Assembly (NCBI GenBank): GCA_016206785.1
Contig: JACQQV010000008.1
Coordinates: 4,402 to 68,401 of the forward strand
Length of the DNA: 64,000 bases
Reading direction: 5' to 3'
DNA from: Candidatus Omnitrophota bacterium
GTDB taxonomy: Bacteria > Omnitrophota > Gorgyraeia > JACQQV01
A program made the position numbers and the translations under genes. How positions within the stretch are numbered: position 1 is the first letter of the stretch; the number at the start of each line of letters is the position of its first letter. The notes under the pieces were generated by a model. The model was not told where the DNA came from, did not search any database, and saw only the letters and a list, made by a program, of their open reading frames with translations. Shown here one piece after another: positions 40,288-48,786 of the stretch.

Positions 40288-40288
40288 G

Positions 40289-41500
40289 ATGCCGGTCTAT
40301 ACCTACAAAGCGCGTGATGCATTCGGTCATGTGATTCATGGAAGGATGGAAGCGAAGGACGAGGAGACTCTTGCCACCCGGCTTAAAAAGCTCGGGTTTC
40401 TGGCTACCGCCCTTCGGGAGAAGACCGAGACCTTCGCGATCGAAGACCTCCTCGAGACATTCCGGCGGGTGAAGGAAGATCACCTTGTCATGACGACATT
40501 ACAACTCTCCAAGATGGTCCGTGCAGGGATCCCTCTTCTGGATACCTTAAAAACGCTCACCGATCAGACAGAAGACCGTTATTTTCGGGCAGTCCTCGCC
40601 GACGTGTCGAGGAACGTGGAAGGGGGGAGCGCTCTTTCTGAAGCACTTTCTCAATATCCCCGCATCTTTGATGCAGGGTATGTGAGTATTGTGAAGGCGG
40701 GTGAGACGAGCGGAAAACTTCCGGATGTTCTCGAAAGAATCGCGCAGCTTTTAGAGGATCGTCTGGAGCTCAAGCAAAAAATTAAAACAGCGCTCATGTA
40801 TCCCTGTGTTTTGCTTGTCTTCGGGGTTTGTCTCTCCGGTTTTATGGTGGTTTATCTTTTGCCCTCATTTATGGATATTTTTCAGAAGGCGAAAGTTCCC
40901 CTTCCCAGCCCGACGCAATTCCTCTACGACGTAAGCCAATTCCTCCGTCACTGTTGGGGGCTGATCCTCTTTGTCGTTCTTTCTCTCCCGTTTATCTGGC
41001 AGTCTCTCCTTCATTGGAAAAAGAGCCACATTCTCATCGACCGGTTCTTTTTGGAGTTCCCGCTTTTCGGGCCGCTCGTCCGTCAGGTCACGGTCACCCG
41101 ATTCGCCCAGAATCTTGAAACACTCCTTTCAAGCGGCGTACCGATCTTAGAGGCGTTGGATGTGGCGAAAAAGACCTCAGGGAATCTTGTCATGATGGAG
41201 GTTCTGGAGAAGGCGCAGGCGCGGGTCTCTCAAGGAGAATCTTTGGCGAAACCGCTCAAGGAGAGCAAGGAGTTTCCCCTCATGCCGGTTCATATGATTG
41301 CGGTGGGAGAGGAGTCTGGGACGCTCGATGAGATGCTCGGCCATATCGCCAGTTTCTACCAAAAGACGGTGGATCATGCCATTAAACAGCTCACTGCGCT
41401 GGTAGAGCCCCTCTTTCTCATTCTCATGGGAGGGATGGTCGGTTTTATCATGGCCTCCCTTCTTCTTCCGATCTTTAGGATGGTTAAACTCATTCAATAA
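40289..41500 (+). CDS. gspF: Second PilC/GspF-family platform protein.
   Basis: Two GspF repeats, 3 TM, ~400 aa. Confidence 0.9.
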   Translation: MPVYTYKARDAFGHVIHGRMEAKDEETLATRLKKLGFLATALREKTETFAIEDLLETFRRVKEDHLVMTTLQLSKMVRAGIPLLDTLKTLTDQTEDRYFRAVLADVSRNVEGGSALSEALSQYPRIFDAGYVSIVKAGETSGKLPDVLERIAQLLEDRLELKQKIKTALMYPCVLLVFGVCLSGFMVVYLLPSFMDIFQKAKVPLPSPTQFLYDVSQFLRHCWGLILFVVLSLPFIWQSLLHWKKSHILIDRFFLEFPLFGPLVRQVTVTRFAQNLETLLSSGVPILEALDVAKKTSGNLVMMEVLEKAQARVSQGESLAKPLKESKEFPLMPVHMIAVGEESGTLDEMLGHIASFYQKTVDHAIKQLTALVEPLFLILMGGMVGFIMASLLLPIFRMVKLIQ

Positions 41501-41503
41501 AGG

Positions 41504-41532
41504 TTGACAAAAAAGGAAAATTGTGGTATTCT
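41504..41532 (+). promoter_or_regulatory. Sigma70 promoter. TTGACA-N17-TGgTATTCT.
   Basis: TTGACA at 41504-41509, 17-nt spacer, TATTCT at 41527-41532. AAGGGGGAG RBS follows, before ATG 41606. Confidence 0.6.
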
Positions 41533-41605
41533 ATAAAGTTGGTATTTCATAGTCTCACAATGAGATAGGTGAATTTTCCATAGGCGAAAAAAGGGGGAGT
41601 GACAA

Positions 41606-42103
41606 ATGACCAAAAAAAGTGCTTTTACCCCGTTAAAGATGAAATCTTTAACGGGGTTTACCCTTATTGAACTGATGATCGTCATGGCGGTGATTGCGAT
41701 CTTAATCGGTATCATCCTCCCGATGGTTGGGGGGTTTCGAGAAGAGGCGAACATCAACCGGGCGAGGGGAGATTTGTCCACGTTACGAACCGCGATGGAG
41801 TCTTATTATATTCACCACAGTAACGCCTATCCGCCAGCGCTTACCGGACTCACCGACACGACGACAAATCCGAAGATTGTCACAAGAATTCCGGATGATC
41901 CTTTTTTGCCGGGAACGACCTATCAGGTTCTTTACAGTACCAATAACCAGTTCTACGCGCTCTGGTCGGTTGGACCGGGGGGAACAGCTTCTGTCACAGC
42001 AGTAGCAAACACAGGGGGTGTGACCCAAGCCCAAGGAGCGGGGGCTCGGAACCCGATCTGGGTTGCCAATGGGGATGAACAGACTCCTGCCGAATCCCCT
42101 TAA
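41606..42103 (+). CDS. gspG: GspG-like major pseudopilin (prepilin-type N-terminal cleavage/methylation domain).
   Basis: G|FTLIELMIVMAVIAILIGIILP with E+5. RARGDLSTLRTAMESYY resembles the GspG helix. Two candidate starts, ATG 41606 (strong RBS) or ATG 41639. Confidence 0.8.
   Translation: MTKKSAFTPLKMKSLTGFTLIELMIVMAVIAILIGIILPMVGGFREEANINRARGDLSTLRTAMESYYIHHSNAYPPALTGLTDTTTNPKIVTRIPDDPFLPGTTYQVLYSTNNQFYALWSVGPGGTASVTAVANTGGVTQAQGAGARNPIWVANGDEQTPAESP
41627..41657. repeat. 14-bp perfect inverted repeat ACCCCGTTAAAGAT-gaa-ATCTTTAACGGGGT (copy 2) enclosing ATG 41639.
   Basis: Arms at 41627-41640 and 41644-41657. The second arm encodes KSLTG of the prepilin leader. Confidence 0.85.
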
Positions 42104-42150
42104 CCTCTGAGGAGCCCGTTCATTTTAACGGTTGGAAACAAGAAAACTTC

Positions 42151-42179
42151 AGGCCCCTTTCTGCAAGAAGGGGCTTTTT
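42151..42179 (+). terminator. Intrinsic terminator between the gspG-like and gspI-like genes.
   Basis: GCCCCUU-UCUGCAAGA-AGGGGC hairpin followed by UUUUUUG. Confidence 0.7.
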
Positions 42180-42201
42180 TGTTTGAGGTCTTATTTTCAA
42201 G

Positions 42202-42630
42202 ATGACCCAAAAAGGATTTACCCCGTTAGAGATGAAATCTCTAACGGGGTTTACCCTGATTGAACTGATCCTTGCTATTATTCTTTTTGCAGGGGCGACG
42301 GTCCCTCTCCTCCTCGCTCTCAATCAGGGGCTTTTTGCCACCACCTATTCGGAACATCGTCAGATCGCCGTAGGTCTCGCCCTCAATGAACTGGAGGATG
42401 TGGAACGGGATGCGGGACAAAATTGCGGTCGGTGGGATCGGGTGAGGAACGCCGCCAAGGCCCCCATTGCGGATTTTCCGACATTCCAAAGGCAAATTGT
42501 TGTTTCGAATCCTCCCGGTACGGATACGAATTTAAAAGAGGTGCGCGTCATCGTCTATTGGACGGATCAGGTAGAAAATTCAGCAACGCTTGTCACTTAT
42601 TTTGTGAACAATCCGAACGGTTGCCCATGA
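42202..42630 (+). CDS. gspI: GspI/PilV-like minor pseudopilin.
   Basis: G|FTLIELILAIILFAGA with E+5. ~140 aa. Candidate starts ATG 42202 (no RBS) or ATG 42232 (inside the hairpin). Confidence 0.7.
   Translation: MTQKGFTPLEMKSLTGFTLIELILAIILFAGATVPLLLALNQGLFATTYSEHRQIAVGLALNELEDVERDAGQNCGRWDRVRNAAKAPIADFPTFQRQIVVSNPPGTDTNLKEVRVIVYWTDQVENSATLVTYFVNNPNGCP
42220..42250. repeat. 14-bp perfect inverted repeat ACCCCGTTAGAGAT-gaa-ATCTCTAACGGGGT (copy 3) enclosing ATG 42232.
   Basis: Arms at 42220-42233 and 42237-42250. It differs from copy 2 by a compensated A/G plus T/C pair. Confidence 0.85.
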
Positions 42631-43271
42631 AAAAAAGTGGTTTAACCCTTATGGAACTGATGCTCGTTATGATTGGGATGTCGATCCTGTTTGGCGTCGG
42701 CGTCTTCGCTTTTCTGGCCGCTTCCAAAGCGGTCCAGAGGCAGCAGGAAAGAATTTCACCGGGAGAGGAACTTTCACAGGGACTGCAGAAGGTGGCGCGG
42801 GAACTTCGGGAAGCGGCCGATGATGCCATCGGAGATTCGAACGGAACGATCACACAGTCTAGTAGTACCGGCGGTAGCGGGAATATTGCCAACACCATTC
42901 GATATCAGGATGTGGAGGATAATCAATTTTACGTCCTCTATCTTTATGGCATTGATGGTGATTCTTCTACGCCAGATGATACCGTTTTCGACAGCTCGTA
43001 CATTTCTACCGTCCTTTATCAGTTACGATTAGCACCTGCCGCGGGATTCACGTATGGTTCAGGAAGAATTTTGGCGCGAACCATCATGTCTCCCAATGCG
43101 TCGGACCCGGTCGATCAGGCGGTGATTCAGCGGGGAAGCGGTCGTGAGCAGCGACGGATCGAACTCATACTGACCGCAACACAGATTTCTGGAGCAGTTT
43201 CTCAAAAAAGCGAGAAGGTCAAAATGCGCCTTATGATCCGTCCAAGAAATCAGGGAAACTCAGTCATTTAG
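42627..43271 (+). CDS. GspJ/PilW-like minor pseudopilin.
   Basis: MKKSGLTLMELMLVMIGMSILFGV prepilin-type N-terminus. Start ATG 42627 overlaps the upstream stop (ATGA). Confidence 0.65.
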   Translation: MKKSGLTLMELMLVMIGMSILFGVGVFAFLAASKAVQRQQERISPGEELSQGLQKVARELREAADDAIGDSNGTITQSSSTGGSGNIANTIRYQDVEDNQFYVLYLYGIDGDSSTPDDTVFDSSYISTVLYQLRLAPAAGFTYGSGRILARTIMSPNASDPVDQAVIQRGSGREQRRIELILTATQISGAVSQKSEKVKMRLMIRPRNQGNSVI

Positions 43272-43281
43272 GAGAAAAGGA

Positions 43282-43749
43282 ATGAACCTGAGGAATCACA
43301 GAGGGGTGACCCTTCTCCTTGTTTTTATCTTGATGATCGCTCTCCTCGGCCTTGTCTCTTCTTTTCTTTTCATGGCGATGGTGCAGGCCCGTCATTCAGG
43401 AGGGCATCTCGATGATGAGAAAGCCTTTTACGTGGCTCAAGCGGCACTGCGAAGAGGGGTCTGGCGCCTTCTTTATACGGAACCCCCTCCTCTTACGAAT
43501 TGGAGACTTAACGACGGAACTTGGCCGAAAACTGAACCATCGGGTTCCATGGACACGGGAGATGGGATGACCGGGACTTATTCTCTCACGGTGACACTGA
43601 CGGCCCTCGACGGAGGCCCTTGGAATGTTACCTTTGACGCGACCGGTACCATGCATGGTATTTCCCGTCGGGTTCAGCGCATCTACCGTTCTACAAACCT
43701 CAATGTGAACGCTTTAACGCCTGTCTTTAACTCATGGAAAGAAATTTGA
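43282..43749 (+). CDS. GspK/PilX-like minor pseudopilin (short).
   Basis: RGVTLLLVFILMIALLGLV (GspK-type, no Glu+5). DEKAFYVAQAALRRGVW helix. Confidence 0.6.
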   Translation: MNLRNHRGVTLLLVFILMIALLGLVSSFLFMAMVQARHSGGHLDDEKAFYVAQAALRRGVWRLLYTEPPPLTNWRLNDGTWPKTEPSGSMDTGDGMTGTYSLTVTLTALDGGPWNVTFDATGTMHGISRRVQRIYRSTNLNVNALTPVFNSWKEI

Positions 43750-45419
43750 ACAACATCCTTCGTCGCATCGATTGGAAGAAAGGGATTGAAAAAATCCCGT
43801 GGAAAAGGGAAGAGTTTGTCCTCAGTCTCGACATCGGGACGAGTGCCATCAAGTGGGTTCTTTTGAGAAATTCAAAGGAAGGACCCCTTTTTTTGGAAGG
43901 GGGGATGGAAGATCCGAAAAACCTCCGGGCGATTCTTGAGAAAAAGGCGACGTCCAAAAAGTGCAGGGTGCGGATCGCGATCTCGGGGCCAAAGGTTCTT
44001 TTAAAAAGGGTCCTTCTTCCCAAGATGCCACCTCAAGAGATTGAGACGGCCTTGCGTTGGCAGGTGAAAGAGGAAATCCCTTTTCCGATTCAAGAAGTCT
44101 ATCTTGATTTTCAGGAGATTCGCTCTATTGAAAAGGAAGGAAAGCATCTCCTTGATCTTCTGGTGGGGGTCGTCCATAAAGAATTGGTCGATTCCCTTTT
44201 AAGTATCGGTCCCTTTGAGATAGACACGATTGAGCCGGCTCTCCTTCTTCTTCCCCGTCTTTTTTCCCTTGAAAAGAGAAACGATTATGCACTCATCGAT
44301 TTGGGCGCCTCCACCACCCATGTCGGCATTTTTCATGAAGGGATATTGGAGATGGCAAGGGAGATCTCGATTGGAGGAGAGACCCTGACCCAGGCCTTAA
44401 CCTGTGAAATCATGATTGGGGAAAAGAAATGCTCCCTGGGGAAAGAAGAGGCGGAAAAGGCAAAACTCTCTTACGGTATTTCTCAAGAGACTTCCACCGC
44501 TTCCGTCGGTACGGAGATGCCGCCGGAGAAATTGTGGGTTCTCATGCGGCCGATTCTTGAAAGACTTCTTGGGGATCTGGAACGTTTCTTCCAGTTTTAC
44601 GAGAAGAGAGATCCTCCTCGCGAAATTCAAGAAGTCTGGGTCACCGGAGGCGGTGCCGGCCTTCAGCATCTCGACGATCTTCTGAAGAGGCATCTCGGTC
44701 TTGCACCTGAAGGACTTTCCTTTTTGAGTCAATTTCGTTTTTCGCAAGGCTTTTTGAGAGACACCCCCCAGGAGGAGATTGAAAGGCGTCTGGGTGTGGC
44801 TGTGGCGGCGGCCCTTCCTCGGAAAGAGATCATCAATTTTCTCCCGCCCTCTGTGAAGGCTTCGCGGCAATGGCGGTTTCGGGTCCGGATGACAAAAACC
44901 GCTTCTTTCTTGACCATCATTTTTTTGGCAGGGTTTCAGCTTTTCTTTGCCATCGAGAGGGTGGCATTGAAAAACGCGATTCAAAAGAAAAAGAAAATCT
45001 GGGAGGAACTCGCTTCCCAGCGGGAGACCTATATGCGTTGGATGGACAAGAAGAAGCATGCCGAAAAGGTGGTTCAAACGTTTTCAAATTTTTTGGAGAG
45101 AGAACCTCTGTGGGAGGGAGTCTTAAAAGAACTTTCTTGGCTCGTTCCGAAAGCGGTTTCTTTAAAGGAGCTCAAGATGGAAAACGGTTCTTTAAGTCAA
45201 GGAAAGAAGAACTACCGGGTTCATCTCAAGGGGGAGGTGGGAGGGTCAAAGGAATCGGCAGAGGAGACCCTCACCCATTTCTTGGAGGCGCTTGAAGCTT
45301 CTCCCTTCTTTGAGGGAATCCGACTTGTTTCGACGGAAGGGGAGGCCTCTTCCGAAGGAGGGATTCCATTTGAAGTTACCGGCCAGCTTGAATTGGAAGG
45401 CGCTTCAAAAGAGGATTGA
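43734..45419 (+). CDS. GspL-like assembly protein: PilM-type actin-like cytoplasmic domain fused to a PilN-type TM and periplasmic domain (copy 1).
   Basis: LSLDIGTSAIKWVLL and ALIDLGASTTHVGIF actin-fold motifs. Then TM SFLTIIFLAGFQLFFAI and a coiled-coil periplasmic region. Confidence 0.7.
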   Translation: MERNLNNILRRIDWKKGIEKIPWKREEFVLSLDIGTSAIKWVLLRNSKEGPLFLEGGMEDPKNLRAILEKKATSKKCRVRIAISGPKVLLKRVLLPKMPPQEIETALRWQVKEEIPFPIQEVYLDFQEIRSIEKEGKHLLDLLVGVVHKELVDSLLSIGPFEIDTIEPALLLLPRLFSLEKRNDYALIDLGASTTHVGIFHEGILEMAREISIGGETLTQALTCEIMIGEKKCSLGKEEAEKAKLSYGISQETSTASVGTEMPPEKLWVLMRPILERLLGDLERFFQFYEKRDPPREIQEVWVTGGGAGLQHLDDLLKRHLGLAPEGLSFLSQFRFSQGFLRDTPQEEIERRLGVAVAAALPRKEIINFLPPSVKASRQWRFRVRMTKTASFLTIIFLAGFQLFFAIERVALKNAIQKKKKIWEELASQRETYMRWMDKKKHAEKVVQTFSNFLEREPLWEGVLKELSWLVPKAVSLKELKMENGSLSQGKKNYRVHLKGEVGGSKESAEETLTHFLEALEASPFFEGIRLVSTEGEASSEGGIPFEVTGQLELEGASKED

Positions 45420-45978
45420 GAAAAGAGATCTTCTTCTGATAGGAGCCGTGGGGGCCCTTTTCTTCCTTCTTCTCCTTTATGGGTTTTGGTTTCGTCCCCG
45501 TCTCCGGCTGATTCAGGGACTCTCTCGGGAACTTCAGACGCTCCGGATCCAAATCAGGGATGCGCAGCTCTTGGAGAATGTGTCCCGCATCCAGAATGAA
45601 ATTTCCGAGATCGAGAAGACCTACGGAGGAAGATTTTTCAAGCGGAATGAAATCCCACGCGCCTTGGAATTTTTGAAGGATTACCTCACAAAATATCGCT
45701 TGGACATTCTGTTTCTTAAACCTGAATTGAAGGAGGATCTCTCTCCTTTTGTCTTGGGTCCCACTCTTTTCCTGGATACCATTCCTGTTCGCCTTCGCCT
45801 CAAAGGGGATTATGTAGATACGGGACGCTTTTTAGGAAGCCTTAAGGAACTTCCTTTTCTAACAACCGTGGAACTTCTTCAGATGGGGAGCCCTCAAACG
45901 GTCTATCCGAAAGTGGAAACTCAGCTCACGTTATTCCTTTATCTTGAAAGACAAGAAGGAGCCGTTCGTGGAAGGTAA
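45388..45978 (+). CDS. GspM/PilO-like bitopic protein (copy 1).
   Basis: TM LLLIGAVGALFFLLLLYGFWF, a coiled coil and a C-terminal domain. Start uncertain (track TTG 45292; TTG 45388 proposed). Confidence 0.55.
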   Translation: MNWKALQKRIEKRDLLLIGAVGALFFLLLLYGFWFRPRLRLIQGLSRELQTLRIQIRDAQLLENVSRIQNEISEIEKTYGGRFFKRNEIPRALEFLKDYLTKYRLDILFLKPELKEDLSPFVLGPTLFLDTIPVRLRLKGDYVDTGRFLGSLKELPFLTTVELLQMGSPQTVYPKVETQLTLFLYLERQEGAVRGR

Positions 45979-46405
45979 AAAGCAGAAGATCCTCATCCTT
46001 TTTGCCCTTTGCCTTGTGGTGATGGGCGTCTGGTCCCGCGTGCTGTTGAAAAAAAGAGTGCTTAAGATGCAGGGCCCGCCACAGACAGAAGAAAGGGCCT
46101 TCTCCGGGAGAAGCACTTCCCTTTCGTCGCGGTCGCTCAGGAAACTTCAAGAGGGAAAGATGGTCAAAGAGTGGAACCGAAATCCTTTCCTTGCGATCGG
46201 GAAAGAAAAAGAGGCGACCTACCTCTCAGGGCTTTCTTTGACCGGGATCCTCTGGGATAAGGATCGGCCCCTCGCCATGATTAATAACGTTGTCGTGAGC
46301 GTCCATGATACGATCGATAGTTATACCATCAAAGAGATCGCCTCTGATGCTGTGGTCCTTGAACGGGACGGCGAAGAATATGTCCTTCGATTGGGGGCGA
46401 AATAA
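45968..46405 (+). CDS. PilP/GspC-HR-like protein (copy 1).
   Basis: N-terminal TM. C-terminal beta-domain LTGILWDKDRPLAMINNVVVSVHDTIDSYTIKEIASDAVVLERDGEEYVLRL. GTG 45968 is preceded by AAGGAG. Confidence 0.6.
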   Translation: MEGKKQKILILFALCLVVMGVWSRVLLKKRVLKMQGPPQTEERAFSGRSTSLSSRSLRKLQEGKMVKEWNRNPFLAIGKEKEATYLSGLSLTGILWDKDRPLAMINNVVVSVHDTIDSYTIKEIASDAVVLERDGEEYVLRLGAK

Positions 46406-46424
46406 GGGGGCCCTGTTCTTCCCG

Positions 46425-46453
46425 TTGACATCCTGAGAGATGTATGCTAACTT
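46425..46453 (+). promoter_or_regulatory. Sigma70 promoter. TTGACA-N17-TGcTAACTT.
   Basis: TTGACA at 46425-46430, 17-nt spacer, TAACTT at 46448-46453. Precedes the second gspL-like gene. Confidence 0.5.
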
Positions 46454-46475
46454 GTTGTGTTATAGGATGTAAGAA

Positions 46476-48179
46476 ATGAAGCCACCCGCCACAAAGATCC
46501 CGTTGGAAAAGATAAAATTGAGCAAAAAGGAAACCCTCTCACTCTTAAGTTATGCCTTGGGAGTGGGTGAGAAGCCGGGTCCCTTTGCCGCTCTCTCCGT
46601 CGGAAACCGTTCTTTAAAATTGGTGGAGGTCATGGTTGAAGAAGGGAAACGGGAACTCTTGGGGCATTGGTTTAAGGAAATTTTCATCAGGGAAGATCTT
46701 GCGGAGGATCTGAGACAGAAGGAGCTTCAAAAAAGCGCCATCGCTTTTTTGAAAGGGTGCCCGATCTCTTCCAGGAAAATCCACCTCGGTTTTGGAGCAG
46801 AGGTGATGCCTGTGAAGAAGGTGACTGTTCCAGAGATGCCGAAGGAAGAACTTCCTCAGGCCCTCCGATGGGCGGTCCGTGCCCAGCTCCCCTTTGATGT
46901 AGAACGGGCCCTCTTCGAATTTGACATCTTAAGTACAGTGGGAAGGAAGCAAGAGGCCGTTGTCGTCTCTGCCCGCGAGGGGCTTCTCACGGAGTGGGTG
47001 TTTACGATGCAGGAGGCAGGTTACCACGTGGCCAGTATCACATCCAATCCATTATCCCTTTTGGCCTGGATGAAAGAAGGGAATATTCTTTCAGGGCCAG
47101 ATCCGATCGCTTTGTTGGACATCGGGACCCTGCGCACCTCTCTTTATATTTCGATCCATGGGAAGCCCAGTTTTATACGGGAGCTGGACATCGGGGGTGA
47201 GGCCATCACTCAAGCCTTGACCCGTCCCCTCGCGACGGAGAGGGGGGAGCTCAAACTGGGTTACGAAGAAGCCGAACAGCTCAAACGTTCTTACGGCTTT
47301 CCTCTGGAAGGGCAGATCTCCGATGAAAAAGTCAATGCCTCTCAAATAGTTTCTTTAATGCGTCCTCTTCTGGAACGGCTGGCGAGCGAGATCAGACGCT
47401 CTTTTGATTATTATCAGGAAGAATTTGAAGGTCGGGTCCAGAAGGTTTACCTGTTGGGGGGTTCTTCCCACCTCAAACATCTCACCGACTTTCTTTCGGA
47501 AAAATTGGTCCTTTCGGTCGAGATCCTTCCTTTACCCCCAGGGTTTCTCTGGCAGACGCAGAAGATCAACGAGGCGGATCTCCGCGAACGTTTGCCCCTC
47601 CTCGCCCCTGCTCTCGGTCTGGCGTTTCAGGAGGGGAGGGGATTTAACCTTTTGCCATCCCGCTTCCGACTGAAGAAATCGCAGAAGGTCGAGCGGATCG
47701 CGATGAGGATCTCCACGATCGTCATCGTCTTCATGCTTTTCATCGTTTTTTCTTATCGATTGAAAGAGGTCGGTTCACTGGAGAGGCAGCGCTCCCTTTC
47801 GCAGTCCTCCTGGAAGGCGATCCAGGAGATCGAAACGATGAAACAGGCGCTTAAGGAGCGAAGAGGGGTCGTTGCGAAAATCAAAGAGGGGCACCCTTAT
47901 CTCTTGGAGACTCTCTCGGAAATCTCCAGTCTTCTTCCCCCGCATGCAGTGCTTGATAAGATCTCACAACCGCGGGGAACCGCCGAACTCCATTTTTCAG
48001 GGACGATTTTCGGGTTGCATGAGAAGTCTACGGAGGTTCTACTGGGAGAACTGATCTCCAGTTTTGAAAAATCTCCTTTTGTTAAAGAGGTGAAGTTGGT
48101 TTCATTCCAGCGGGATGAGACGTACGATCGGCCTGCCAGTAATTTTGAAATTTTTTTCCGGTTAAAGGTGCACCAATGA
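46476..48179 (+). CDS. GspL-like PilM+PilN fusion protein (copy 2).
   Basis: LLDIGTLRTSLYISI and ELDIGGEAITQAL actin-fold motifs. TM ISTIVIVFMLFIVFSY. Periplasmic coiled coil. Confidence 0.7.
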   Translation: MKPPATKIPLEKIKLSKKETLSLLSYALGVGEKPGPFAALSVGNRSLKLVEVMVEEGKRELLGHWFKEIFIREDLAEDLRQKELQKSAIAFLKGCPISSRKIHLGFGAEVMPVKKVTVPEMPKEELPQALRWAVRAQLPFDVERALFEFDILSTVGRKQEAVVVSAREGLLTEWVFTMQEAGYHVASITSNPLSLLAWMKEGNILSGPDPIALLDIGTLRTSLYISIHGKPSFIRELDIGGEAITQALTRPLATERGELKLGYEEAEQLKRSYGFPLEGQISDEKVNASQIVSLMRPLLERLASEIRRSFDYYQEEFEGRVQKVYLLGGSSHLKHLTDFLSEKLVLSVEILPLPPGFLWQTQKINEADLRERLPLLAPALGLAFQEGRGFNLLPSRFRLKKSQKVERIAMRISTIVIVFMLFIVFSYRLKEVGSLERQRSLSQSSWKAIQEIETMKQALKERRGVVAKIKEGHPYLLETLSEISSLLPPHAVLDKISQPRGTAELHFSGTIFGLHEKSTEVLLGELISSFEKSPFVKEVKLVSFQRDETYDRPASNFEIFFRLKVHQ

Positions 48180-48778
48180 ATCTTCCAACACCTCTCAGCA
48201 AGATCTTCAAGGCTCGATTCAGTCATCGCGAACTGGTCCTCTGGTCGATCGGCCTCATTCTTTTCATCGTTCTTTTTATACAGTTTTTCATTATCCCGGC
48301 TGGCCATCGCGCCCTCCGACTCAAGAAAGAAATTGCCGTCATGAAAACACGCTATCAACAACTGGTCGCGCAAGAGGGATCTTTGGAGCAGACCATCATT
48401 TCCCTGCAGAAAGAGCTCACGAGCCTGGAAGAGAGTCTTCCCCACCAAGAGAAAATTTCAGGAATTCTAAAGGCCCTCTCGGAGAAGGCCAGTCATTTGG
48501 GCATTCAGGTTATTTCGATACGTCCCGAATCGGCCGTCCCTTACCCCAATGCGACAAATCCCCTCCTTTTGGGCGGTCGGTCTTGCGAGGCCCTTTCGAT
48601 TCAGATGGAACTTCGGTGTTCCTATCGGGTGCTGGGAGGATACCTCACCTCGATTGAACAGGCATTTCCCTCCGCGATTACGATAGACGGAGTGAATATT
48701 CAAAAGGAGGGTGGGAAATCTTCCACCCTGAAGGTAACCCTTTTTGTGACAACCTATCTTTTCGGAAATTCTCCGTAA
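48176..48778 (+). CDS. GspM/PilO-like protein (copy 2).
   Basis: TM LVLWSIGLILFIVLFIQFFII, a coiled coil and a C-terminal domain. ATGA overlap with the upstream gene. Confidence 0.6.
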   Translation: MNLPTPLSKIFKARFSHRELVLWSIGLILFIVLFIQFFIIPAGHRALRLKKEIAVMKTRYQQLVAQEGSLEQTIISLQKELTSLEESLPHQEKISGILKALSEKASHLGIQVISIRPESAVPYPNATNPLLLGGRSCEALSIQMELRCSYRVLGGYLTSIEQAFPSAITIDGVNIQKEGGKSSTLKVTLFVTTYLFGNSP

Positions 48779-48786
48779 GGTTCCCT

